Shown here piece by piece: positions 54,908 to 63,349 of a stretch of DNA of 64,000 nucleotides. The stretch comes from an uncultured Prevotellaceae bacterium (GTDB lineage Bacteria > Bacteroidota > Bacteroidia > Bacteroidales > Bacteroidaceae). Under the pieces are notes generated by a model that was given only the letters and a program-made list of their open reading frames with translations, was not told the DNA's origin and did not search any database. The DNA lies in NCBI GenBank assembly GCA_947168045.1, contig CAMVKN010000003.1, forward strand, positions 29,071 to 93,070, read 5' to 3'. Both the position numbers and the translations under genes were made by a program. Each line of letters starts with the position of its first letter. The stretch's first letter is position 1.

Positions 54908-54958
54908 CCGGCTGCGGTTTGGCTCACATTGGAGAAGCAACGGCATGTCAGCCGGACA

Positions 54959-57070
54959 TTAGCTCTTCAGGGCCAAGAGATAGCAGCGACGCCGCTCGCC
55001 CGTTCCTTTCTGATAGCCGTTGCGGTGCATGTAACTGCCTAACAGTGTGGCATTTGCCTGATTCACAATGTTCAGCTTACGCACCTCCTTGATGTGGGTG
55101 AGAATCTCCGTCGGACTGAGCATCTGCAGCTGGTCGCCAGCCTGTGGCTTGCGGAAGAGGTCCTCGAAAAGGCTGATGACATTCGGCGTCTCATAGTAGT
55201 CGGTGTTCTGCTCGATGATGAGCCGCTCGCGCTCACCCGTGAACGCATATTCCTCACCGTGCTCTATCTCGTAGACAATCTGGGCATAGAGCTGCTTGTA
55301 GTCTATTGCCTTTTCTGCGGCCGTGTCGGTGTCGATGACGCCGGTGACCTCGATGACGAGATAGCGCCTGCTGCCGCTCTCGTCCTTCAGAGGCACCAGC
55401 GAGTTGGTGGTGGCACAGAAGGCGGCGAAGCGCTGCTGCTGCTCGAAGGTGGTGGAGTACATCTTGCGCTCCTTCACGTCGGTGCGCTGTATGAGGTGTT
55501 TCAGGAAGGCCGTCTGCGTCTTGCTAATCTGGTCGTACTCGTCGATGTTGATGAGCAGGAAGCGGCTCAAGGCCCTCAGCGACTCCTTCTTGTTCGTCAG
55601 GTCCAGGCGGTCGATGTAGAACGGCGACAGCTCGCTGGGCAACAGCATGCGCATAAAAGTAGACTTGCGCGTGCCCTGTCCGCCGACGAACATCAGCACC
55701 ATCTGTGCCCCGTACATGGCATCGCGGCCGCTGCGCCACTGGCTGACCATGGAGCGCATCCATATCTTGAAGTTGTCGCGCCACCCCGGGGTCTGCGTCT
55801 TCACGCGGTCGGCCAGCTCGCCCAGGCGGTCGCGTCCGTCCCATTGCGGCAGTGCGTCAAGCCACTCGCGCACAGGGTCATACCTGCTGGTATAGTCAGA
55901 GACGAGGATGCGGTCGAGGTCCTTTGGCCACACCGTGATGCCCTCGTGGATGGCCGCGTTGTTGATGTCGTTCTGTGCCTCCTCGGTCAGCGGCTTCCAG
56001 CTCATCTCATAGCGGTCCTTCTCCTGATACTCCAAGTCGCCCGTCACACTGTTGAGGCGGAACATGTAGCGGCGCCTGAGAAACTCCTCAAGCAGCATCT
56101 GGTGCATCACCGCCCGTTCCACGGGGTTGGCCCTGCCCAGGGTGTGCTTCTCGTAGGCGTTGTTGAACGTCGAGCGCACCAGCACGTCTTTCTCGCGAAA
56201 CACCTCGAGGAAGAGCGTGAGCTTGATGGCCAGCTCCTTGTCGATGCCCGCCTTACGACATTCGGTGGCCAGCGCCATGAGGTACGTCTCATGCTCCCGC
56301 TGCTTGTCGTAGGCCATGTTGCGGCAGATGTAGTTGAATTTCGTAGCGTCCATCTCCCTGCGGGTATAGCCAGGGATGACCTCGGCATCGAGGGCCACCT
56401 CGGCGGGCATGCTGACCATCGGGGCCGTTCTCTCCGTCAGCGGCTCCGTGGGCTGTTCCATCGCTATGGGCAGGGCGTCAGGGTTGTAGTACACCTGCGG
56501 GTCATACGACAGATGGAAGCTCTCAGTGCCGTCGTGCGCCACCTCTTCCACCTTCATGTTGGTGAGGGCCAGCGCATATTTTGCCGCGCGGTTGTATGCA
56601 TATTGCTGGAACAGAGCTACTTGCCGTTTCTCCTTAGGCAGCGTGCCATCCTTCAGCTGATAGCGCATGAGCACCTTCAGCGACCTGCCGCTGGCACCGA
56701 TGAACGACAACAGCGTCATGTCGTTGTCGTTCACCCTCCGGCGCAGCCGCTCCAGCACCTCCACGCCCTGTTCGACCTTGAACGACAGCAGCACCAGACC
56801 GGTATAGCCCGACCGTTGTCCTAACCGCTGCGTGGCTTTTCCCGACGGCTCCGTGGGAACGCCTACGGCAGGCATGATGAGTGGCAGATGCGCTTCTACC
56901 AGCGGGCCGCTCATCAGATTGCCGTCCACAAACACCGCATTGCGGTCTCTGGCAGCCTCCACCCATTTCCTATACTTGCCTGTGCTGATCCATTGGGCCA
57001 CTTCTTGCAGAGACACCCACTTCTCGCGCCATTGCTGGCCGTGCTTTGTTTTCATTAGTAGCTTTGTCAT
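54959..57070 (-). CDS. VirE-like primase/P-loop protein
   Basis: P-loop VLMFVGGQGTRKSTFMRML and the downstream FLLINIDEYD (Walker B-like). Size and HU adjacency are typical of the Bacteroidales VirE-family cassette. Start is uncertain (57070 ATG vs the 57124 alternative). Confidence 0.65.
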   Translation of the reverse strand: MTKLLMKTKHGQQWREKWVSLQEVAQWISTGKYRKWVEAARDRNAVFVDGNLMSGPLVEAHLPLIMPAVGVPTEPSGKATQRLGQRSGYTGLVLLSFKVEQGVEVLERLRRRVNDNDMTLLSFIGASGRSLKVLMRYQLKDGTLPKEKRQVALFQQYAYNRAAKYALALTNMKVEEVAHDGTESFHLSYDPQVYYNPDALPIAMEQPTEPLTERTAPMVSMPAEVALDAEVIPGYTRREMDATKFNYICRNMAYDKQREHETYLMALATECRKAGIDKELAIKLTLFLEVFREKDVLVRSTFNNAYEKHTLGRANPVERAVMHQMLLEEFLRRRYMFRLNSVTGDLEYQEKDRYEMSWKPLTEEAQNDINNAAIHEGITVWPKDLDRILVSDYTSRYDPVREWLDALPQWDGRDRLGELADRVKTQTPGWRDNFKIWMRSMVSQWRSGRDAMYGAQMVLMFVGGQGTRKSTFMRMLLPSELSPFYIDRLDLTNKKESLRALSRFLLINIDEYDQISKTQTAFLKHLIQRTDVKERKMYSTTFEQQQRFAAFCATTNSLVPLKDESGSRRYLVIEVTGVIDTDTAAEKAIDYKQLYAQIVYEIEHGEEYAFTGERERLIIEQNTDYYETPNVISLFEDLFRKPQAGDQLQMLSPTEILTHIKEVRKLNIVNQANATLLGSYMHRNGYQKGTGERRRCYLLALKS

Positions 57071-57134
57071 GATGGTAACTCGTTTAGTTATTGTCCTATC
57101 TAAACGAGATACAGCAAAAAGCATACCACTTTTT

Positions 57135-57158
57135 GTTCAATTCTCGAGAGAATTGAAC
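57135..57158. promoter_or_regulatory. 11-bp inverted repeat upstream of virE-like gene
   Basis: GTTCAATTCTC-ga-GAGAATTGAAC. Confidence 0.45.
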
Positions 57159-57252
57159 CGTAAAGAGGCTCCGCGCTGATTTCCAGAGGCTCCGGATTTT
57201 TCTCCGGACGCTCCGGAATTTCCTATGGCCGCTCCCTGTCTTTGTCACGTGC

Positions 57253-57350
57253 CAACCTGTCACCCTCCTGTCACCCTTGTCACCCTCAAAAACAGGGTGC
57301 AGTCCCAGTGTTTACAGGCGTTCTGTCACCCTGTCACCCTAAAAACAAAA
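57253..57350. repeat. Right arm of ~97-nt inverted repeat
   Basis: CAACCTGTCACCCTCCTGTCACCCTTGTCACCCTCAAAAACAGGGTGCAG... It carries five TGTCACCC copies, as the left arm does. Confidence 0.9.
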
Positions 57351-57455
57351 CAAAACAGGTTTTTGTTGGTATTATTTTGTTTTCTCTTGTTTTTGCAGGA
57401 CGCGAAGCGTACAAATACTGTTGTTATGAATATGCCGGCTTCACAGGGGGTGGGG

Positions 57456-59141
57456 TCACTCCACCTCTACGTCACGGATGCGGCGTGCGATGTTGGTGGT
57501 GGGCCGTGTGAACACCAAGTAGGGACGGCCGCAGACGTGGACCACCTCATGGTGGAAGTCGTCCAGCTCGTAGCTGTCGCCGTCGTAGACCAACAGGCGC
57601 TGCAGGAAGTTCAGCTGCGACGGGTCTTCGTCGTTGAGCACGAAGCGGACGGTGTGCACCGGTCGGTCGTGGTCTAAGCGCCAGACGAAGAGCGCCCCGC
57701 TGCGGTCCAGCTCATAGTGCCTGTAGGCTGCCGTGTCAGTCTCTATGCGACTGACCACATCCTCTGGCAGGAACAGCATGCGGTCCTTGCCAAACATGCG
57801 TGCTGCGCATCGCGAGTTGATGTCGTTGGCATCGAAGGCCATATAGACACAATAGAAGCCGAACTCAAAGGAGCTGTTGGCATAGTGGTTGCGGAAATAG
57901 TCCATCACGACATTCTCACCCTTCAGTGGCTGCCGCACGGCTATCAGCTCACGCCCTGGCTCCTCCATCTGCCGTTCAGCCTGCAGCCAGCTGTCACGGT
58001 TCTCCTGCCGCACGATGCACGCTGGTATGAAAGCCAGCACCAGCAGCACACATCCCACGGCGACGACGCGGCGCGACCAGACGTCGGTGACAAGGCCATG
58101 CAACAGCTGCAGCCACAGCAGCATGGCTATGAAGTCGACATAGAAGGCCACCCGCTCCAGGTTGGTGCCACACAGCACGACGATGCCTAAGGCAACGACC
58201 AGGGCCACATAGCCATAGGCATGTGCTAAGAGATGCTGCCTGACCACCGTGCGCCGTTTCCACCACAGCACAGCGAGGGTGAGCACCAGCAGCCAGAGCA
58301 CACGGATGTTCGACACGCAGTTGATGGCCCCGCTGAGCAGTCGGCCCTGCAGCGTGATACCTTCAGTGCTTCGATGCCAGATGCCTGGCGAGAGCAGGCA
58401 GAGGGCGGTGCCCACCATGAAGCAGATGATGAGGGTGGAGGGTGGAAGGTGGAGGGTGGAGGGTGGAAGGTGGAGGGTGGAGGTGCGAGATGAGAGATGA
58501 GAGATGAGAGGTGAGAGGAGCCAGGTGGCTAAGGCCACCGACAGGGGCAATGACAGCGCCTCGTGGCTCCATCCTGCCAGCAGGGCCAGCAGCGATAGGA
58601 GGACCAGCCTCCAGCCCGTCAACGGCCGGTTGGCGTTATCCCTGATATAGAGCATCAACAGCATGACAGCCACCAGCACCCACAGGTAGTTGAACGCCCC
58701 GAGGCTCCAGAAGAAAGCGGTGCGGATGCCCTGGAACACCACGAAGAGAAGGAAGGTGACGCTGACGGCCGTGAACAGCTGATGGCGAGTGCCTGCCTGC
58801 GCGCCAGTCGGTGTCGTCACCCATCGCACACACAGATGTACCAGCAGGACAAAGAGCAGCGCGTTGAGCGTCTGCAGCACCCATGCCGGGCAGAACACCA
58901 GGAACGCCTGTGCCAGCAGATGGACCGGCATGCGCCCGTTGGTGGACAGATAGTGGTTCCACTGCGAGTGCAGCAGGTCGCCCACACCGCCGATGTCCTG
59001 CACGGGTGCCGTCTGGTCGGTGTTCCACATAAAGCGGTAAATGATGTCATCGCTCAGCGTCGGCACGTCCAGCAGGTTCAGCCACAGCATGGCCAACCCC
59101 GTGACGGCCAGAAACAGCCAGTAAACCCTTGTCTTCTTCAT
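57456..59141 (-). CDS. Polytopic membrane protein, GtrC-type glycosyltransferase candidate
   Basis: 561 aa. About 10 hydrophobic segments in the N-terminal 370 aa, then a soluble C-terminal domain. Lies in a cluster with gtrA and gtrB. Confidence 0.5.
   Translation of the reverse strand: MKKTRVYWLFLAVTGLAMLWLNLLDVPTLSDDIIYRFMWNTDQTAPVQDIGGVGDLLHSQWNHYLSTNGRMPVHLLAQAFLVFCPAWVLQTLNALLFVLLVHLCVRWVTTPTGAQAGTRHQLFTAVSVTFLLFVVFQGIRTAFFWSLGAFNYLWVLVAVMLLMLYIRDNANRPLTGWRLVLLSLLALLAGWSHEALSLPLSVALATWLLSPLISHLSSRTSTLHLPPSTLHLPPSTLIICFMVGTALCLLSPGIWHRSTEGITLQGRLLSGAINCVSNIRVLWLLVLTLAVLWWKRRTVVRQHLLAHAYGYVALVVALGIVVLCGTNLERVAFYVDFIAMLLWLQLLHGLVTDVWSRRVVAVGCVLLVLAFIPACIVRQENRDSWLQAERQMEEPGRELIAVRQPLKGENVVMDYFRNHYANSSFEFGFYCVYMAFDANDINSRCAARMFGKDRMLFLPEDVVSRIETDTAAYRHYELDRSGALFVWRLDHDRPVHTVRFVLNDEDPSQLNFLQRLLVYDGDSYELDDFHHEVVHVCGRPYLVFTRPTTNIARRIRDVEVE
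58433..58517. repeat. Intragenic tandem repeats: 21-nt unit x2.4 followed by 7-nt unit x4
   Basis: GGGTGGAGGGTGGAAGGTGGA runs from 58433-58483 and encodes STLHLPP repeats. GAGATGA x3 + GAGGTGA runs from 58487-58514 and encodes SPLISHLSS. Confidence 0.9.
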
Positions 59142-59281
59142 CGGCCAATCTTGACGTTAGTCCTTTCTCTGCGCTTTCCAGGTGGTTATTATTGAAGCAA
59201 CTTCGTAGCAGAACTATTGTCTGAACTCCAGAACTCCTGTAACTACTGAACTCCTACGACTTGCGAAATTTGAATTACTTA

Positions 59282-60538
59282 TTATTCCAAACGCTTTCGG
59301 ATGCTGCCATCGGCACAACGCTCGATGAGCAGGCCACGGTGCTGACCGACGAGGCGGCGACCCTGCACGTCGTAGCACTGTTTAGCGGCTGGCTGAGCGC
59401 CATCGGTGCGGGCAATGGACGTGGTGACATCGTCCTGCTTCTCACCCTCCAGCATCTCGTCGATAAAGTAGTCGAGGTCAGCCTCGCTGACACCCACATA
59501 CTTCCGCCAGTACGTGCGGAACTGCTGCTGCAGCGTATTACCCTCCAACGAGGCGATAAACGCAATGACGGGGTCGATGGTGTCCTTTTTCTTCGTTAAA
59601 GCACCGCAGAACGAAGTCAGCTCGTAGTCCTTCACCAGCCCGTCGTAGCCCACGCCTAACAGACCCTCCAAGAGCAGCGACAGGTAGCCCGTGCGGTCAG
59701 CACCCCAGCGGCAATGCTGATAGATGGTGCGCCCCAGCTTGAGATTCTTCACGATGAACTGGAACTCGTTGCGCCACCTGTACTGATACATATAGGTGGT
59801 CAGATGGCTCAGCAGCTGCCCGCTGTCGTTGGTATACAGATAGGTGGGCACGTCGCCTGCCGGCACCTCGGCAGTGGTCTTGAAGCCCAGCGCTGACACG
59901 CCACACTCCTCCTCATACCACGACCGCAGGTCCATCTCAGCCGCAATGCCTAACTGCCGCATCAGGGCCAGGTCGGCACTGTCAGCCACATGCAGGCCGT
60001 TCATCTCGCTGCCACGGATAATCTTGTTATACTTGATGCGGCGCCCGTCAGCCGTGGGCCATCCGCCGATGTCGCGCACGTTGAACAACGACGGCAGACA
60101 GAGCATGCGCACCTGTCCCTCAGTGACGATGGTGCCATGGCTCACTGACCTGCCTTTCATGTCGACACTGTAGTAATAGGTCTGTCCGGGCAGCAGGCCA
60201 TAGAGGGGCACACGCAGCTGTGAGGGCTGCACCACGACGGTGTCGGTGCTGGCAGCGGGCAGGGATTCATCGGTAGAGTAGCGTATCAGAAGGTCGCCCG
60301 TCCGGGCCACGGCTAAAAACACTGACGACATCTTTACCATCGGCACCTGCGGCTGGTCGCCACGCGTTGACAGCAGCTGTGTGTAGTCGGACACACGACT
60401 CACATCGTCGGCGCTGGTGTAGGTCACCTCGCTCAAATAGCGACTGACGGCCTCGTTCTCAAGGTCCACATGGTAGTTCTGTGCCCGTAAGCCGCAAAAG
60501 GCCGTGACAAGGAGCACACTGATGATGGCTTTTCTCAT
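59282..60538 (-). CDS. Secreted tyrosine-phosphatase-family protein
   Basis: Start is at the ATG at 60538, which gives the signal peptide MRKAIISVLLVTAFCGLRAQ. CX5R motif is HCRWGADRTG. Confidence 0.65.
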   Translation of the reverse strand: MRKAIISVLLVTAFCGLRAQNYHVDLENEAVSRYLSEVTYTSADDVSRVSDYTQLLSTRGDQPQVPMVKMSSVFLAVARTGDLLIRYSTDESLPAASTDTVVVQPSQLRVPLYGLLPGQTYYYSVDMKGRSVSHGTIVTEGQVRMLCLPSLFNVRDIGGWPTADGRRIKYNKIIRGSEMNGLHVADSADLALMRQLGIAAEMDLRSWYEEECGVSALGFKTTAEVPAGDVPTYLYTNDSGQLLSHLTTYMYQYRWRNEFQFIVKNLKLGRTIYQHCRWGADRTGYLSLLLEGLLGVGYDGLVKDYELTSFCGALTKKKDTIDPVIAFIASLEGNTLQQQFRTYWRKYVGVSEADLDYFIDEMLEGEKQDDVTTSIARTDGAQPAAKQCYDVQGRRLVGQHRGLLIERCADGSIRKRLE

Positions 60539-60545
60539 AGTATAA

Positions 60546-61514
60546 TTATTTTTTGGCGGCGTCTGCCGTGCGTTTACTTTGGTGATGGTCTCTGATGAGG
60601 TAGTTGGGCCGGTGCTTCGTCTCAGTGAACACGCGACCGAGATACTCGCCGATGATGCCGAGACAGATGAGCTGTACGGACCCGAGGAAGAGGATGGCAC
60701 AGATGAGGGTGGGATAGCCTGCCACAGGGTCGCCGTAGACCAGTGCCTTGATGAACGTATAGACGAGATAGGCGAAGGCTCCCAGGCCCGTGATGAAGCC
60801 CATGATGGTGGCCAGGCGCAGGGGGGCGGTGGTGAAGCTGGTGATGCCCTCAATGGCCAGGCCCGTGAGCTGCAGCAGGCTCCAGTGACTCTTGCCGTAG
60901 CGACGCTCCTCCTGGTCGAAGAGCACGTCTTTCTTCCTGTAGCCTATCCAGCTGAACAGACCCTTGGTGTAGCGCTCGTTCTCGCGCAGCTGGCGCAGCG
61001 CATCGACACAACGGCGGTCCAGCAGACGGAAGTCGCCCACGTTCTGCAGCACATCGAAGCGGGTGCTGCGGTCCAGCAGGCGATAGAAACGCATGGTGAG
61101 CCACCGACGCAGCCAGCTCTCCTTGCCACGCGTGCGACGGCGGGCATACACATCGTCGTAGCCCTGCTCCCACCACGTCAGCATCTCGGCAATGACCTGT
61201 GGCGGATGCTGAAGGTCGGCATCCATCACCACGGCACAGTCGCCCTGGGCATGGTCAAAACCGGCCAGCATGGCGCTCTCCTTGCCGAAGTTACGTGACA
61301 GCTCGATGTAGGACACACGAGGGTCCTCGGCAGCCAGCTCACTGATGATGTGCTGCGTCCGGTCGGTGCTGCCGTCGTTGATGAACAGCAGCTCAAAGTC
61401 GTAGGCCGAGAGGCTGGCGGCCACCTCGCTCACCCGCTTGTGGACAGGCCGCAACGACTCCTCCTCATTGTATGCCGGGATGATGATTGTTACCAGTTTT
61501 TTCTTTTCCATCAT
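60546..61514 (-). CDS. gtrB: Family-2 polyprenyl-phosphate glycosyltransferase (GtrB-like)
   Basis: IIIPAYNEEESL, FINDGSTD and VVMDADLQHPP, plus two C-terminal transmembrane helices. Confidence 0.85.
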   Translation of the reverse strand: MMEKKKLVTIIIPAYNEEESLRPVHKRVSEVAASLSAYDFELLFINDGSTDRTQHIISELAAEDPRVSYIELSRNFGKESAMLAGFDHAQGDCAVVMDADLQHPPQVIAEMLTWWEQGYDDVYARRRTRGKESWLRRWLTMRFYRLLDRSTRFDVLQNVGDFRLLDRRCVDALRQLRENERYTKGLFSWIGYRKKDVLFDQEERRYGKSHWSLLQLTGLAIEGITSFTTAPLRLATIMGFITGLGAFAYLVYTFIKALVYGDPVAGYPTLICAILFLGSVQLICLGIIGEYLGRVFTETKHRPNYLIRDHHQSKRTADAAKK

Positions 61515-61923
61515 GTTGATAGTTTCGTTTCAATGCAAAGCGCACCAGAAGGAAGTTGAGGGGCACCACGACGACGAAAACGGGCAACGGGGCCCACGAC
61601 GAGGGGATGCCCACGAGGATGAACACATTGAGTAGCACAATCTGTATGACGTAGTTCAGCAGATGGCTCAACCCGAAGCCCGCAAAGCGCTGCACCGAGG
61701 GCCTGACCCTGAAGGTGAACAGCGATGAAAGCATGAAGTTGGCCACGAAGCTGACGGCATAGCCCACGGTATAGGCGATGTTGTGGCCCACGGGACCCAG
61801 CAGCAGGTAGTAGACGCCGTAATGGATGGCCGTGGCGACGATGCCTACCACGATGAAACGCACCATCTCAGCCGTGAACAGCCGGTGCCTGACCCATGAG
61901 AACAGATGCTGCAGCCAATGCAT
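61465..61923 (-). CDS. gtrA: GtrA-family membrane protein
   Basis: 152 aa with four hydrophobic helices. RFIVVGIVATAIHYGVYYLL. Confidence 0.75.
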   Translation of the reverse strand: MHWLQHLFSWVRHRLFTAEMVRFIVVGIVATAIHYGVYYLLLGPVGHNIAYTVGYAVSFVANFMLSSLFTFRVRPSVQRFAGFGLSHLLNYVIQIVLLNVFILVGIPSSWAPLPVFVVVVPLNFLLVRFALKRNYQHDGKEKTGNNHHPGIQ

Positions 61924-61937
61924 GTCCGGACCCTCGG

Positions 61938-62927
61938 CTAACTCATCTGAAGCATGCGCTCGATGGGCTTGACAGCATCGCGGGCGATGGCCGGGTCAAT
62001 CTCGACGGCGGGCCACTCATACTTCAGACAGTTGTAAATCTTCAGCAGTGTGTTCATCTTCATGTACTGGCACTCGTTGCACGAGCACTCCAGACCGCTC
62101 TCGCTAATCTCTGGCGGCACGGGCAGGAACGTCTTGTCAGGACAGGTGCGCTGCAGCTCGTGCAGGATGCCGGCCTCGGTGGCGACGATGAACTGCGTGG
62201 CCTGGCTCTTCCTGGCAAAGGCCAGCATGTCGGCCGTCGAGCCTTTCACGTCGGCCACAGCCAGCACGGGTGCCTTGCACTCCAGGTGGGCCATCACCAC
62301 GGCCTCAGGGTGTTCTTTCTTCATGGCTACAATCTTTTCTACCGAGAAGCGCTCGTGCACATGGCAGCCGCCGTTCCACAGCAGCATCTGGCGGCCGGTC
62401 ACGCTGTTGATGTAGTTGCCCAGGTTATAGTCGGGACCGAAGATGATGTCGGCATCCTGCGGCAGCTGGTCGATGATGCGCTTGGCGTTGCCACTGGTGA
62501 CGACCACATCGGTCAGGGCCTTCACGGCCGCCGTGGTGTTGACATAGCTGACGACGAGGTGTCCGGGATGCTCGTCCTTATACTTCTTCAGGTCGTCAGC
62601 CTTGCAGCTGTCAGCCAGCGAGCAGCCGGCATTGAGGTCGGGACACAGCACCTTCTTCTCAGGCGACAGCAGCTTGCACGTCTCGGCCATGAAGTGCACG
62701 CCTGCCATCACCATCATCTGTGCATCGGTCTCGGCGGCCTTGCGGGCCAGCGCCAGCGAGTCGCCAACGAAGTCGGCCACCTCCTGAATGTCGCCAGTGG
62801 TATAGTAGTGTGCCAGGATGATGGCGTTCTTCTCCTGGCATAGCCTGCGAATCTCTGCCTTCAGGTCCATACCCTCAGCAGCGGCCTCATCAATGAAGCC
62901 CTGTTCTTTCCATTCGTTTTTCAACAT
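61938..62927 (-). CDS. nadA: Quinolinate synthase
   Basis: AHYYTTGDIQEVADFVGDSLALARKA, MAGVHFMAETCKLL and CPDLNAGCSLADSC. Start is moved to MLKNEW at 62927. Confidence 0.9.
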   Translation of the reverse strand: MLKNEWKEQGFIDEAAAEGMDLKAEIRRLCQEKNAIILAHYYTTGDIQEVADFVGDSLALARKAAETDAQMMVMAGVHFMAETCKLLSPEKKVLCPDLNAGCSLADSCKADDLKKYKDEHPGHLVVSYVNTTAAVKALTDVVVTSGNAKRIIDQLPQDADIIFGPDYNLGNYINSVTGRQMLLWNGGCHVHERFSVEKIVAMKKEHPEAVVMAHLECKAPVLAVADVKGSTADMLAFARKSQATQFIVATEAGILHELQRTCPDKTFLPVPPEISESGLECSCNECQYMKMNTLLKIYNCLKYEWPAVEIDPAIARDAVKPIERMLQMS

Positions 62928-63240
62928 CGTATTATAATATTTCTTCTTTTTCTTTTTTTTAAAAAACAAGAATGAGTAAGATGATATGGCGTGGAAAAGT
63001 TGAAAACTTACCAGCCTCTTGCTTGGTCATTCACTTATTCCTTTGTGGTGGCAGGGTTGTGCACATGAAGTGTGAATTGCTACCTGTTGATAATGAACTA
63101 TGTAGTCAGTTTATCCACCGTTTCTATTTTTGGTGCAAATTTACGAAGTTTATATCTTTTTTCCGCATTTTTCGGTGGAAAAGTTTGGGTAAAGACTGGA
63201 TAAAGGCGTGTTTTTACATGCCAGCAGATGGTTGCCGTTG

Positions 63241-63284
63241 TTATTCACAGTGTTTTCCATGACTTTTCCACACAGTTATCCACA
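63241..63284 (+). promoter_or_regulatory. Four phased DnaA-box-like 9-mers
   Basis: TTATTCACA (63241), TTTTCCATG (63253), TTTTCCACA (63264) and TTATCCACA (63276, perfect). Spacing is 12/11/12 bp, all in the same orientation. Confidence 0.55.
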
Positions 63285-63322
63285 AAAAAGAGAGGCAGTA
63301 GCACGATGGCGTGCACTGCCTC
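63285..63322 (-). terminator. Rho-independent terminator of T9SS cargo gene
   Basis: Stem GAGGCAGT/ACTGCCTC (63292-63322). On the minus strand it is followed by TCTTTTTTG. Confidence 0.6.
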
Positions 63323-63349
63323 CCTTTTGGTTGAAGCGTTTCGGTGTGT

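Noticed and set aside
59282-60853. 523-aa version of the phosphatase ORF, extending 315 nt upstream into gtrB.
   Set aside because: The extension is Ser/Pro/Ala-rich antisense-like sequence overlapping gtrB. The internal ATG at 60538 gives a clean signal peptide 8 nt after the gtrB stop.
62928-62969. N-terminal MFFKKKKKKKYYNT extension of nadA.
   Set aside because: It is produced by translating the T/A homopolymer tract. MLKNEWKEQGF at 62927 is a conventional NadA start.
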